Source: a virus
Lineage: Duplodnaviria > Caudoviricetes
Strand: one strand, 5' to 3'
IMG/VR virus record: IMGVR_UViG_3300032093_000181
Span: 1 to 54,292 of that record
Length of the DNA: 54,292 bases
This document shows, one piece after another, positions 8,183-18,090 of this stretch; position 1 is the stretch's first letter; each line of letters opens with the position of its first letter. Below the pieces are notes generated by a model. That model saw nothing but the letters and a program-made list of their open reading frames with translations, was not told where the DNA came from and searched no databases. The position numbers and the translations under genes were made by a program.

Positions 8183-11033
8183 AAATGTCTTCCGGTAGTG
8201 CAAAATCGGACGTAGGCATCTTGAAGTGGTACGCGAACAAGTTCACGTGGCCCAGCCCTGACCAGCCAGCGCCAAGTCGCTTCTTCACCTTGCCCTGAAG
8301 ATTACCGAGCATCTTCAGTTCGCGCTCAAACATACCCACAGACAACTGCCGTTCAGCCAGATACTGCTTCAGGGCAGTGACGGAGATGAAGACATCGCAG
8401 TCCTTCTGTCCGGTTGTAATCTCTACCCGAGCAGATAGCGCCCCTCGTGGTGTGACCGTGCCAATCTTGCCGTCCATCGCCAGCAGGATGTTTTGCGCAG
8501 AACTTGCCAAGAAGTCACCGAGAACCAGGGTGTTGTCTAGCTTGGACTCAGTAGTTTCCCTGAGTGTGCGGCCCAACTCACCGAACACTACGGCGCTGAT
8601 TCGCTCCAAATCGAATTCGCATATACCAACCTCTCGCGCAATTCGCTCTGCAGCAAACACCACACCTGCCAAGCCGATCAGGAAGCGGTACTCGCTCTTG
8701 CCAGTGAAGCGCTCTGTGACCCGAGTGGTTTCTTCGTTGACCATCTGGCTGAGTCTGGGTGCGCCAAGATCCATCAGGCGCGATACGTAGATCGGACCCG
8801 CATGGCCGTAGTTCCTCTTGAGGGAATCGAACATGGTCCGGCCACGAGGCTCAGTCAGGGTCTTGGGGCGATAGAGAGTCAACTCAAGCAGACGCATCTC
8901 TTCTGCTGACGCATCGGCTTTGAACTGCCCCACCTTGTCCTTCAAAGACTGGTTGACTGTGGCGATACAGATCAGCTTTGTGAGGTAGTCCTGGGGGCGC
9001 TCTGCGTTATTGGAGGCTTGCATTCGCAGTTTGGACCGACCGGCTGACACCTTGTAGAGCAGATCAGAGGCTTCCTTAGGCGACAAGTTCGACTGCTCGT
9101 CCAACGGGAACGGCAGGTTCTTCATGTTCACCATGCGCTGGATCAGGCCGTTGGCTGTACCGTCGTTGAGCGCCAGAGCATCGGGTCGGCCCCACACACT
9201 CATGGCGGCGTACATCGCGCCGGTCTTGCCACTACCAGATTCACCCATCGCTGAGACTGTCACGCCATTGACCGTACTGAACTCCATCAGGGGTGATGCC
9301 AAACCACAAAGAAAAATGAAAGCGTGAAGCTCGTAGCCTGGGTCATTGAGCATCTGGATGCTCTGCTTCCACTCCTCGTAGCTGCCGCCCATCGTCAGGT
9401 ACTTGGAGATGTTTCTTGACCAGATCGAAGGCGGCGAGGGGCGAGTACCCCGCGCTTCGTATTCCGTCGCGCCCAGTACGAATGACTGGCAGTTTTCAGT
9501 CCAACCTTGTTGCATGTACATCTTGTCTGCCTTTCCTGTGTTGATGAGGAACGACCCCCACTTCATCAAATAACTTGCTATCTGAGAGATTTTTAGAGGC
9601 TCAAACACAACCCCTTGTGTTGCCAGCGCCGCCTTCAGCTTCTCCTGTGACGCCACCTCTTTGAGCGGTAGAGTGAACTCTCTGATCCCGTCCATAGGAA
9701 GTTCAAGGTTCATCACCAAGCACTCCCCATCGTGAGGGCTGTACAGCCGTTTGATTGCGTACAGGTTATGGGCCAGGATCAAATGAGGATCATCTTGTAT
9801 GACTCTGCCATCCTTCAAGTGCTTCGGAGGCGGCAGGTAGTAGATGCCGCCATTAACGCCTTTTACAAAGGGTTTGAGGAAGTCGGGGAAGAACGTAGCA
9901 CGGGGACTCTCTTCTTTCCGAACTGACTCCTCTTCATCGGCCTCAACGGTTTCGGCGGGCTCAGGAACTCGTAAGACTTTTCCAAGAGAGATTGGACCCA
10001 TCTTTCCGAGTTTTCCTCGATAAGGGCATCCCTTGCATCCTTCGGCGTTGATTGATTCAAATGCTTCACAACTATGTGCTCCTGTAGCGTTGTCGAGCGA
10101 CTGCTGGGCTTTGCGCTCGGTTTCTTCTTTTGAGTACCCAGGATATTCTTCTGAAAGTTTGTGAACCGCCTCCATTCCCTCGGTGCAGCGTATAGCCACA
10201 GACACTGCGGCGTACCACTGGGGTTCAGGCAGTTTGTCTGCGTTGAGGATTGCTTCCTTTATCTGATTGCAGCCGCTGCCTTCAAGACTTTGGAGGGCGA
10301 TCTTGTCAAAACTGAATTCGAAGTTCTTGCGTTGCTCTTCCCAAATACGGCGGGTCTCTTCGTCGAGACCTTTCTCAGCGCCCGCCAAGACACTTGCTAC
10401 CTCTGTCAATACAGGCGGTGACTCTTCTGGCAAGGCCCCTATCAACTGTTCAAGCGGATACGTGAACACGTCCGTTAAAAGTTGCGCAGGCTCTGGCGGG
10501 TCATACCTGTAGTTCAACGTACCCGGTACACGCATCAGACGTGCAGCGTCTGCGGGTACGGCTTGGTCGATGACCATATTGCGGTCAATGCACAACTGCT
10601 TGAACCGCTCGGCGTAGACCTTCCACTCGTCGCCGGGGATGTCTTCGTCAAAGATCCAGTAGGCGTGGATACCACCACCAGAATCGACCAAGACAGGATG
10701 CGGCCACCCTATCTCATCGCAGAATCTTTTTGTGTCTGAGATTGCGGCTTCCTTGCTGACGTACACGAACTTGCCGTGCATGTAGTCAAGGTCAAGGAAG
10801 AAAGCCTTCATCGCAACGCATTCATCTGCGTTGCGCCTGAACCCTTCATAGGTTCCGGGGGTGAAGTACAGATTGGCACCGGGAACGGACAGTGCCTGCA
10901 AAATGTCGATAACCTTGTCCGCGTCCTCCGTGAATCGCGGAATGATGGTCTTGTCTTTCCCTGTTCCCTTTATTGACGCTACACAGTAGGTGCCCTGCGT
11001 CGGCAAAATTTTCTCAAAGAATTGTTGGTTCAT
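8142..11033 (-). CDS. Primase-helicase (AEP-type primase plus DUF927-like NTPase/helicase)
   Basis: AEP motifs FFLDLD and SGGGIHAYW, RLMRVPGT, Cys cluster HSCEAF..CKGCPY, Walker A GESGSGKT, Walker B PLDEQ. Start taken at ATG 11033, downstream of the terminator hairpin. Confidence 0.85.
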   Translation of the reverse strand: MNQQFFEKILPTQGTYCVASIKGTGKDKTIIPRFTEDADKVIDILQALSVPGANLYFTPGTYEGFRRNADECVAMKAFFLDLDYMHGKFVYVSKEAAISDTKRFCDEIGWPHPVLVDSGGGIHAYWIFDEDIPGDEWKVYAERFKQLCIDRNMVIDQAVPADAARLMRVPGTLNYRYDPPEPAQLLTDVFTYPLEQLIGALPEESPPVLTEVASVLAGAEKGLDEETRRIWEEQRKNFEFSFDKIALQSLEGSGCNQIKEAILNADKLPEPQWYAAVSVAIRCTEGMEAVHKLSEEYPGYSKEETERKAQQSLDNATGAHSCEAFESINAEGCKGCPYRGKLGKMGPISLGKVLRVPEPAETVEADEEESVRKEESPRATFFPDFLKPFVKGVNGGIYYLPPPKHLKDGRVIQDDPHLILAHNLYAIKRLYSPHDGECLVMNLELPMDGIREFTLPLKEVASQEKLKAALATQGVVFEPLKISQIASYLMKWGSFLINTGKADKMYMQQGWTENCQSFVLGATEYEARGTRPSPPSIWSRNISKYLTMGGSYEEWKQSIQMLNDPGYELHAFIFLCGLASPLMEFSTVNGVTVSAMGESGSGKTGAMYAAMSVWGRPDALALNDGTANGLIQRMVNMKNLPFPLDEQSNLSPKEASDLLYKVSAGRSKLRMQASNNAERPQDYLTKLICIATVNQSLKDKVGQFKADASAEEMRLLELTLYRPKTLTEPRGRTMFDSLKRNYGHAGPIYVSRLMDLGAPRLSQMVNEETTRVTERFTGKSEYRFLIGLAGVVFAAERIAREVGICEFDLERISAVVFGELGRTLRETTESKLDNTLVLGDFLASSAQNILLAMDGKIGTVTPRGALSARVEITTGQKDCDVFISVTALKQYLAERQLSVGMFERELKMLGNLQGKVKKRLGAGWSGLGHVNLFAYHFKMPTSDFALPEDIYGSRENASSALAA

Positions 11034-11042
11034 GTTCGCAGA

Positions 11043-11072
11043 GACAAGAAAGGCGGGGTTTCCCCCGCCTTT
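11043..11072 (-). terminator. Rho-independent terminator
   Basis: Minus strand AAAGGCGGGG-GAAA-CCCCGCCTTT followed by CTTGT, between the HTH gene and the primase. Confidence 0.65.
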
Positions 11073-11087
11073 GTGGACCAAGTAAAG

Positions 11088-11411
11088 TTACTTGGAGCAG
11101 TCGATGCCGAGACCCTTGAGACCGTCGATGTACTCGCGGGCAGCGGTTAGATTTTTTGCTGGAAGTTCACCAGCACGAAGATCCCCTTCAAAGACTTGTA
11201 TGAGTGTTTCGACGACAGGCTGATGCTTGGGAGTTACGCCACCACCGGCATACCACCGCCCCACTGCATTGCGGGTCAGACCGAACATCTGTGCCAGATA
11301 CGTCATCGGAAGATTGGCGCGTAGCGCCGCCGAACCGAAACGCATACCGAGTTTGTCCCCGGTATACACAATCAACTCGGCAGCGCGGGCCTTGTCGTAG
11401 GGCCTAGCCAT
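11088..11411 (-). CDS. Putative helix-turn-helix transcriptional regulator
   Basis: LPMTYLAQMFGLTRNAVGRWYAG fits an XRE/Cro-like HTH pattern. Confidence 0.65.
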   Translation of the reverse strand: MARPYDKARAAELIVYTGDKLGMRFGSAALRANLPMTYLAQMFGLTRNAVGRWYAGGGVTPKHQPVVETLIQVFEGDLRAGELPAKNLTAAREYIDGLKGLGIDCSK

Positions 11412-12244
11412 TACTTCTTGGCCCAGCGCTTGATGACTTCAGACGCATCCGAAACCTGCTGAGTGTCTTCGCGCTTAGCCTCACGCCGCACGGGTTCACT
11501 GGGGGGTGCCTCCCCCTCATCCCCGCCATCTGTCTTATAGACAGTCAGCTTGATAGCGTTCTCAGCAGCGGGGGTCTTGCCCTGCCGCTTGATGGCTTCC
11601 CGGTACTGCGGGGGCACAGCCTCAACAGGAGAGAAAAGCAAACGCGGAACAGGCGAGTTGATGTCGAACTGCATCTTGGTCACGACACTGCCAGCGCTGA
11701 CGTTATTGTTTGCCAGCATCTGGATGTACGGACGGAACGGCCAGCGCCCGTTCTCTTCCTTGCCGAATGCAGAGGTAGCGGGCAACACGAGTTGGTAAAC
11801 ATCTCCCTCGGGATCATTCGCCAATACGACTGCAGTGCGCCACGACAGCTTGCAGGCTGTGCCTTGACCGCCTTGCCCTGAACCCTTCACAGAGTTGGGG
11901 CACTCCGAGCAGCTAGAAGCGCACGGGTTGGAAACGTCAGGACTCGGGACTTTGGAGTCTGCGGACCAGCAGACGGGGGAGACCTTGGAACCCTCCTTGT
12001 ACGTAGATGAGTAGAACGTGCGTGAAGCGTCATGGGACAGCTTCACGAAGATCACGTTCATGTGGTTGTCGGTGTTGACCGACTGTTCCTTACCAGAAAC
12101 GATCTTGCGGAAAACGCGCCCCTTGATGCTGATGCGCTTGTTGCCCATTACCGCATTGCCAGCAACGGCAAGGGTGTCTTCGTCGAGTCCGGTCTCAACG
12201 ATGGAGGGCAGGCTTTGGATGATGTTTGCGATTTCGTTTGACAT
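11411..12244 (-). CDS. Putative ssDNA-binding/annealing protein
   Basis: Lies in the replication module. RISIKGRVFR N-terminus, CxxCP..C cluster, acidic flexible C-terminal region. Alternative GTG start at 12253. Confidence 0.5.
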   Translation of the reverse strand: MSNEIANIIQSLPSIVETGLDEDTLAVAGNAVMGNKRISIKGRVFRKIVSGKEQSVNTDNHMNVIFVKLSHDASRTFYSSTYKEGSKVSPVCWSADSKVPSPDVSNPCASSCSECPNSVKGSGQGGQGTACKLSWRTAVVLANDPEGDVYQLVLPATSAFGKEENGRWPFRPYIQMLANNNVSAGSVVTKMQFDINSPVPRLLFSPVEAVPPQYREAIKRQGKTPAAENAIKLTVYKTDGGDEGEAPPSEPVRREAKREDTQQVSDASEVIKRWAKK

Positions 12245-12259
12245 GGTGCTCACTGAAAG

Positions 12260-12664
12260 TTACTGGACGGTATTGCTTGCTTTACGTACTACGATGTCGT
12301 ATTCCCGTAGCACGTTCACGCCGGGTGGCAGACCGTCTTCCTGCCGCTCAGACATGAATTCCTTGAAGTTACGTTGGTGAATCCTTCGCTCCAGCAGGTC
12401 GATGTTCCCCTGCTGCTCGATGAACTTCTTGAGTTGCTCCCAATCGGTACAGAAGTACCGATCCTTGATGGTGCGAGTCACGGTGCCAAAGGCAGTGCGT
12501 AGCCCGTTGGTGTTGATTTCTCCACACATGGCGAGGAGCGCAGCTTCGATGGCGCTCATGTCGCCCTTCAGCTTGTCGTCCTCTGCTTCAAACTTGGCCT
12601 TGAGGTTTTCACGTTCGGCCCGGATCGTCAAATAGGTTTTGACTAACTGTTCTGCATCACTCAT
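12260..12664 (-). CDS. Conserved replication-module protein (coiled-coil N-terminus, LPPGV C-terminus; Gam/gp157-like)
   Basis: 134 aa, helical N-terminus, TDW and LPPGV motifs, next to the SSB-like gene. Confidence 0.5.
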   Translation of the reverse strand: MSDAEQLVKTYLTIRAERENLKAKFEAEDDKLKGDMSAIEAALLAMCGEINTNGLRTAFGTVTRTIKDRYFCTDWEQLKKFIEQQGNIDLLERRIHQRNFKEFMSERQEDGLPPGVNVLREYDIVVRKASNTVQ

Positions 12665-14237
12665 TGGTTATTCCCATCTCATCACGGTAGAGGTCCACTA
12701 GTTTTTCGTGCAGGTCCACCTTGCCTTGCAGCAGGGAGTACATGCGCCGTTCCACCTCGGACCCTTCAAGGTGGATTACTGTCATCTTGTTCTTCTGCCC
12801 GACGCGATCTACGCGGGCGATGCACTGCAGGTAAGTCTCGACTGATGTCACAGGTGACCAGAAGACCACCGTGTCGGCAGCAGTCAGCGTGACCCCGTGC
12901 GAAGCGGCTTGTGGTTGGATCACGAGCACACGCGGATCAGCGACCGTCTGGAAACACTTGAAGATTTCTGCGCGCTGTCTTGCGCTCACATCTCCCTGAA
13001 TGGCTTCATTGGTGATACCACACTGATTGAGGAAGTCGCAGACGAGCCTGATCGTGTGGCTGTAGGGCACAAAGACGAGTAGCTTGTTGCTTGATTCCTC
13101 AATGACTTCTTTCAGGACGTTGAGGCGCGGGGAAATGTCAAACTCAAGGACGTTCCTGTCGTCGGTGTACACCGCGCCGCCCGACAACTGAAGAAGTTTC
13201 GTCAGTGCCGCAGCCGCGTTGACCGTCGTGATCTGCTCCCCCGCCGCCTTGATGAGCATCTGGTCCTTGAGTTCTTTGTAATATCGCTGGACTTGTGGCG
13301 TAAGAGGGATTTCCCTAGTCTGGTACATGACATCGGGCAAGTCCAGGCAGTCTGCTTTCTCGTAGCGTATCGCTGGCTGAAGCGTCTCAAAGACGATCTG
13401 CCGTGCATGGGGCTTGGGCTTCCACACGAAGCGGGAGTACTGCGTCATCACCCGCTCTTGCCACGCAGACATGCGCTTCGGAACCGCTTCCGGGTTGACC
13501 ATCTTGGCTAGTCCGTAAGCATCCATCGGGGACTGCGCAGCAGGTGTGCCCGTCATCATCCACAGGTAAGACTCAGGTCTTACCAGCTTTGCCAGGGTCT
13601 TCCAGCGCTTGGTGGTGGGATTCTTATAGGCGTTTGCTTCATCTACGATGATGAGATCAAAGTTGGACTCAGAGATGGCTTTCTCTACGGTCCCGACGCC
13701 GTCGAAGTTGATGATGACGAAGTTGTATGAGCCGCGTATGACCTTCTCGCGCTTGGAAATCGATCCATGCGCGATTGCGCTCGTTCGGTGCATCGCTGTT
13801 TTGAACAGGTCAGACTGCCAAGCCGCTTGCATGATGGACAGCGGGCAGATGACTAAACAGCGCTTCACCAGACCCTGACTCATTAAATAGTCAGCAGCCC
13901 AGATGGCAGCGGAAGTCTTTCCGGTTCCTGCTTCGTTGAAACAGAAGGCGCGTTTGTGCAGCGTGAGGAATCTGGCGGTGTCTTTCTGATGCTCAAACGG
14001 CGTGAACATCCCCGGCCAGTTGTAGTCCCGCTCGATGGGGGACGGTAGCTTCATGTGCAGGGGCGCGACTCGCGCCAACCGCTGCATCTCTTCCATCCCC
14101 CAATAGACCAACAACTCAGAGTCGCTGCCGCGTACTCCGATGATCTCGCTGCGGGGGATGCACTGCGTGACTGCTTGCGCAAAGTCATGCGGGCAAAGCA
14201 GCTTGACTGCCTGCTCTTCGACTACCTCGACTGTCAT
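12657..14237 (-). CDS. SNF2-family (superfamily 2) helicase
   Basis: NEAGTGKT (motif I), IIVDEA (II), MTGTP (III), QCIARVDRVGQ (VI). Confidence 0.9.
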   Translation of the reverse strand: MTVEVVEEQAVKLLCPHDFAQAVTQCIPRSEIIGVRGSDSELLVYWGMEEMQRLARVAPLHMKLPSPIERDYNWPGMFTPFEHQKDTARFLTLHKRAFCFNEAGTGKTSAAIWAADYLMSQGLVKRCLVICPLSIMQAAWQSDLFKTAMHRTSAIAHGSISKREKVIRGSYNFVIINFDGVGTVEKAISESNFDLIIVDEANAYKNPTTKRWKTLAKLVRPESYLWMMTGTPAAQSPMDAYGLAKMVNPEAVPKRMSAWQERVMTQYSRFVWKPKPHARQIVFETLQPAIRYEKADCLDLPDVMYQTREIPLTPQVQRYYKELKDQMLIKAAGEQITTVNAAAALTKLLQLSGGAVYTDDRNVLEFDISPRLNVLKEVIEESSNKLLVFVPYSHTIRLVCDFLNQCGITNEAIQGDVSARQRAEIFKCFQTVADPRVLVIQPQAASHGVTLTAADTVVFWSPVTSVETYLQCIARVDRVGQKNKMTVIHLEGSEVERRMYSLLQGKVDLHEKLVDLYRDEMGITNE

Positions 14238-14279
14238 TGACTGAATCCTACTGAGGGCTTCATCAGCCCGATGTGACGA

Positions 14280-14308
14280 ATGATAGGGCCTTGTGACCTA
14301 TTCGTCAA
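14280..14308 (-). promoter_or_regulatory. sigma70-type promoter upstream of the helicase gene
   Basis: Minus strand TTGACG-17 nt-TATCAT, overlapped by the inverted repeat TGACGAAT/ATTCGTCA (14274-14281 / 14300-14307). Confidence 0.65.
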
Positions 14309-14309
14309 G

Positions 14310-14564
14310 TCATTTCATCGACCCATCAGGGTTTCTCCTGAATGATCGGTTCTTGCTGGGGGCCTGAAGCTTGTAGCCGTCGTCGTTGCTGCCGCCCTTG
14401 GACAGCGCCTTGACGTGCGCAACGTCCTTGCCCTTGCGGCTCACGCCCTTCTTGTCCAGTTCCCTGCGGGCACGTTGCCGCTCCATGCGGTCCTCGTGCT
14501 CTCCGCGCTTCTTCTGCATCTCGTACTCGTGTTTGTACGGCCTAGGAGACTTCGTGTATGGCAT
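14310..14564 (-). CDS. Small HNH-like endonuclease
   Basis: KDVAHVKALSKGGSN...SKNRS, a DVxH..L..GG.N HNH-type motif. Confidence 0.65.
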   Translation of the reverse strand: MPYTKSPRPYKHEYEMQKKRGEHEDRMERQRARRELDKKGVSRKGKDVAHVKALSKGGSNDDGYKLQAPSKNRSFRRNPDGSMK

Positions 14565-14745
14565 GGTCTTTCTCCTGCATCAAGACGATGGAGTTCAACG
14601 TCATTTTGACCTCAACCAGCGCTTTGTGAGCAGCTTCAATTGCTGCGCCGTGATCCTGGGCAAGCATGGCTAGATGTACTTCCTTCAGCGCCTTCTCTGC
14701 CATCATGCAGGGATAGGCGTAGTCAATCACTTCTGCGGTATCCAT
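14542..14745 (-). CDS. Hypothetical protein
   Basis: 67 aa, packed in operon. Confidence 0.6.
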   Translation of the reverse strand: MDTAEVIDYAYPCMMAEKALKEVHLAMLAQDHGAAIEAAHKALVEVKMTLNSIVLMQEKDHAIHEVS

Positions 14746-14748
14746 AGG

Positions 14749-15414
14749 TTATTTCTCTCTGTGAAAGGAACAAGACTTGACAGGGCACCAGCCGCACAAG
14801 GGCGTCGGGTTCTCCTGCCACACTTGATTTCTGTGGGACAAACTCAAGCGTTCTAGGGTGGGCATGAAGTCAAGCCAGAGTTTGTCTTTGTCATCACGCT
14901 TGTACTCCGAGGTGACGAAGTGGTCGTGCATGACGAACAGCAAGCCTGCCTTGATCCCGTTGACTTCCGGAAAGTGTTCAAACGCCATGAGCGCCATCAA
15001 CTGCAACTGCTTCGGGTCAGGGTACTTGTTGCTGCCGGTTTTGTAGTCAACGATGAACGCAGTGTCGTCGTCAACCACCAGCAAGTCCGCGATTCCTCGC
15101 ACCCAGTAGTCAGCCGCGCCAAACGTACACGGGCGGCGGTCATGTGTCACCGCCATGCGATGTTCTGGATACTTTATCCCCGCCATCTCAGCCAGCGGAT
15201 CCAGCATGTGGCGGAACCGCTCGTAGTTCTTGGCTAAGGGTTTACCCGCTTTCACGTAGTCTTCAAGCGCCGAATGCACCTCCGTGCCATAAAGCATTTG
15301 CTTCGTGGGGCGCTTCTCGAAACGCTTCAGGACCTTGACTTCGTGATACTGCTTCGGACAGTTCTGGTAATCCTTCAACCCAGAATATGACCACTTGAGT
15401 TCGCTTACTTGCAT
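14749..15414 (-). CDS. PD-(D/E)XK exonuclease (Cas4/RecB-like)
   Basis: WSYSGLKDYQNCP, GTEVHSALE, RGIADLL, IVDYKTG, QLQLMA and C-terminal CGWCPVKSC. Confidence 0.85.
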   Translation of the reverse strand: MQVSELKWSYSGLKDYQNCPKQYHEVKVLKRFEKRPTKQMLYGTEVHSALEDYVKAGKPLAKNYERFRHMLDPLAEMAGIKYPEHRMAVTHDRRPCTFGAADYWVRGIADLLVVDDDTAFIVDYKTGSNKYPDPKQLQLMALMAFEHFPEVNGIKAGLLFVMHDHFVTSEYKRDDKDKLWLDFMPTLERLSLSHRNQVWQENPTPLCGWCPVKSCSFHREK

Positions 15415-15449
15415 GGCACTGATTGATTGTGTGAGGGGTTTCAATCGTA

Positions 15450-17321
15450 TCAGCAGTCGCCGTAGTTGGGGCCGAAAGTTGCCTTGCAGGCGATGGGTAG
15501 CCCTTCAGCCCAGGATGGGGTGGTAGACATGATGCCAGTGACTACCTGCAACGCTTGCTCTACCTCATCGGCGGGGGCGATACACACCACCGAGTCATGG
15601 ACGGTGAGCGCCACGTTGTAGTGCTTGGAGATGTTGACTAGCTGTTCTCCGACGATGCAACGCGCAAGCGCCTGGACCACGTTCTCCACGATGGTCCCGC
15701 CCCAGATCGACACCGGACCCTTGCGAGACTTATAGACGTACTTTGTTTTGTTGTTCTCAACCTCAGTCTTTAGCTCAGGGTAGCGGATACGGAACCCGTT
15801 GGGCAGGATGAACCCCTGCCGGTCATACTTCAAGCAATCCCTCTGCCCAAACGCATACCGATCCTCGGGTTGCTGCCACTGCACAAGGTCTCTGAGCACC
15901 AAGTCACCCTCGGCCCACAGTTCCTTGATCTTATTATTTGCCTCCCGATAAACGTCGATAATCTCCCGAGCCTGCGCCTCGGTAACCACTCGCGGAGGTG
16001 AGGCTACCGCCAACGTGGACTGGAGTTTCGCCCACCCGGTGCCGTAACCGCAGCCCAGGATCACGGTCTTCCCGATGAAGCGCTGCTCCTCTGTAACTTC
16101 CTCCGGCTTGCACTTGAAGATTTTGGACGCCATGATCCGGTAGACATCCTGCTTCTCCGCGAACATCTTCACCACGTCATCCTGACCTGCCAGCCACGCC
16201 AGCACCCGCGCCTCGATCTGCGAGGAGTCTGAGTTGATGACCACGTACCCTTCAGGCGGCACGATGGCATTCTTCAGTGCTTTCTTCTTCACATCCCGGC
16301 TCGGCAGGTTTTGGAAGTTCACCTTGTCGTACCCCGCCCAGCGCCCGGTGTGTGCGCCGTAATACTTCAACGGGATGGGGATGCGCCCAGCGTTGCGCCT
16401 ACCGATGTCGATGAATCTTTGGATACGCTTTTCTTCCAGAGTGGACTTCACACCCAGGCGTGCAGCGCACAAGTTCTGAATGAAGGTGTTCTCGTGGTCA
16501 CAAAGCGCCAAGAATCCCTCGTCCTTCTTTGCCAGGGCAGGGGCTTCCTTGCCTGTGACGGGGCTTGTCTTCATCGGAACTTGGACGTCAAAAGATGTCA
16601 GAACTTCTGCGAATTGTTTGTTGCTGGATAACTTCGCTGCAACCTCATCCTCGGTCTGGCATTGAAGTTGTTCTTTGAGTTTGCCCAACAGTTCGCTACG
16701 TTCCTCGTGCAGTGAGGCAAGGCGCTCGTGCAGCACGGGCTCATCGATATATAACTTTGGTTGTATAAACATCCGTAGAGTCTGGTTGATGAGGTCCATC
16801 TCCGACTCGGGGAATGAATTCGCGAAGCGGTTGTACAGGGTGTACGTCAACTCCACGTCATTGCAGCAGTAGCGTCCGTATTGCGCCAAGTCCTCGGGCG
16901 TGAACGCCTCCCGACGCTTGCCTTCCGCTGCAACTACCTCGTCGCCTTTGACTCCGATCTGGTACATCTGCGCCAAGTGAGCGAGTGACCCACCTACATC
17001 CACACCGTGAAGCGCCCGAGCCATACAAAGCGTGTCGCATAGGTAGGCGGGAGTGATACCGAAATACCACGCGAGGATTGCTCCGTCGAAGAGCATGTTG
17101 TGAGCCAGGACTGCGCTGTTCTTCCAGTCGAACTCTTTGCGCAAGAACTTAGTCAGGAACGCACGGTCTCCTGAAGTCCAAACTGCGGGGGCATCATCGA
17201 CTTTGACACCAACACCGATAACTTCAAACTGCTTTCCACGGACATACTCTTCGGTAGTCAGCCGCCTCAACGAGAACGACTTGTCGTAGAAAGTTTCAAA
17301 ATCCAACGTGATGAAACTCAT
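15450..17321 (-). CDS. polA: DNA polymerase family A with 3'-5' exonuclease domain
   Basis: Exo I LDFET, Exo II AHNMLFD, Exo III YCCND; HTGRWAG; motif A DSSQIEARVLA, motif B RFIGKTVILGCGYG, motif C VHDS. Confidence 0.92.
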   Translation of the reverse strand: MSFITLDFETFYDKSFSLRRLTTEEYVRGKQFEVIGVGVKVDDAPAVWTSGDRAFLTKFLRKEFDWKNSAVLAHNMLFDGAILAWYFGITPAYLCDTLCMARALHGVDVGGSLAHLAQMYQIGVKGDEVVAAEGKRREAFTPEDLAQYGRYCCNDVELTYTLYNRFANSFPESEMDLINQTLRMFIQPKLYIDEPVLHERLASLHEERSELLGKLKEQLQCQTEDEVAAKLSSNKQFAEVLTSFDVQVPMKTSPVTGKEAPALAKKDEGFLALCDHENTFIQNLCAARLGVKSTLEEKRIQRFIDIGRRNAGRIPIPLKYYGAHTGRWAGYDKVNFQNLPSRDVKKKALKNAIVPPEGYVVINSDSSQIEARVLAWLAGQDDVVKMFAEKQDVYRIMASKIFKCKPEEVTEEQRFIGKTVILGCGYGTGWAKLQSTLAVASPPRVVTEAQAREIIDVYREANNKIKELWAEGDLVLRDLVQWQQPEDRYAFGQRDCLKYDRQGFILPNGFRIRYPELKTEVENNKTKYVYKSRKGPVSIWGGTIVENVVQALARCIVGEQLVNISKHYNVALTVHDSVVCIAPADEVEQALQVVTGIMSTTPSWAEGLPIACKATFGPNYGDC

Positions 17322-17351
17322 TCAGTACTCGCTAACTAGCGTGGTCAAAAG

Positions 17352-17381
17352 TGAAAATAAAACCGGGCCGGAGCCCGGTTT
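17352..17381 (-). terminator. Rho-independent terminator
   Basis: Minus strand AAACCGGGC-TCCG-GCCCGGTTT followed by TATTTTC. Confidence 0.75.
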
Positions 17382-17397
17382 GTTGGAATGAGATGTA

Positions 17398-17787
17398 TCA
17401 GGATTGATCAATCTCACGTTGCAAGTACCACAACGCTTTCTGCAGGTCTTCCTTGCGGTTGCCCTTGTGCTCGGAGCGGGTGATGTACTTGATCACGTTG
17501 CCCAGGCGGTAGTTCAACCCCTTGGCTTCGATGAAGTCGATGGTCTCGATACCACCAGTCTTGTAGTGGGGCGGGTGATTGACCGGGTCGGCAGCGGGGG
17601 GTTCGGCAGGAGCCGGATCAGCGGCAACGGGGAACGGGGCTACCTCAAAGGTATTCTTCATCTTCTGGCGGGTCACGTACACGCTACCCGGCTTGACCTT
17701 CAACGCCTTGGCTACTTCCCCCGGCTTTGCGTTGGGGTGCTTCTCGTAGTACTCACGAATTCTTGCGGCGTCTGACTTCTTTTGCAT
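17398..17787 (-). CDS. DUF3310-family protein (T7 gp1.7 nucleotide-kinase-like) with N-terminal HTH-like extension
   Basis: DPVNHPPHYKTGGIETIDFI...GNVIKYITR..HKGNRKEDLQKALWYL. Confidence 0.8.
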   Translation of the reverse strand: MQKKSDAARIREYYEKHPNAKPGEVAKALKVKPGSVYVTRQKMKNTFEVAPFPVAADPAPAEPPAADPVNHPPHYKTGGIETIDFIEAKGLNYRLGNVIKYITRSEHKGNRKEDLQKALWYLQREIDQS

Positions 17788-17868
17788 TTGGTTTTTCCAA
17801 TCGTTTTGACTGAGTTGATAGGTAGTGTTTCAGGGAACTGTGAAGACTTATTTACATGATTGCTTCTC

Positions 17869-18090
17869 CTACTTCAGTAGCTTGTTGGTAAGTCGTTTTC
17901 TTTGCTCCTCTATTGACACTAACGCTTCCGTCTTTTTGATAGCTGTAGAGGAAGGGCCAGGGGTTATGCGTTCCTCTGTCCAGAACTTGTGCAGGTTCCC
18001 GCACTGGTAACGACGGCGGCGCGATCCATCTGACCTCACTCGCGTGTCTATCACCTCCGTCCACACGTTGCACTCGGGGCATCTAAACAT
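17869..18090 (-). CDS. Zinc-ribbon protein (NrdR N-terminus-like)
   Basis: MFRCPECNVWTEVIDTR...RRRRYQCGNLHKFWTEE. Start at ATG 18090 after GGAGG. Confidence 0.7.
   Translation of the reverse strand: MFRCPECNVWTEVIDTRVRSDGSRRRRYQCGNLHKFWTEERITPGPSSTAIKKTEALVSIEEQRKRLTNKLLK

Noticed and set aside
14255-14269. CTGATGA on the minus strand as a hammerhead ribozyme core
   Set aside because: It sits in a simple hairpin, and no downstream stem II plus GAAA could be found.
14749-15414. Cas4-like nuclease as evidence of a CRISPR-Cas system
   Set aside because: It is a stand-alone PD-(D/E)XK exonuclease next to polA, a common replication-module gene.
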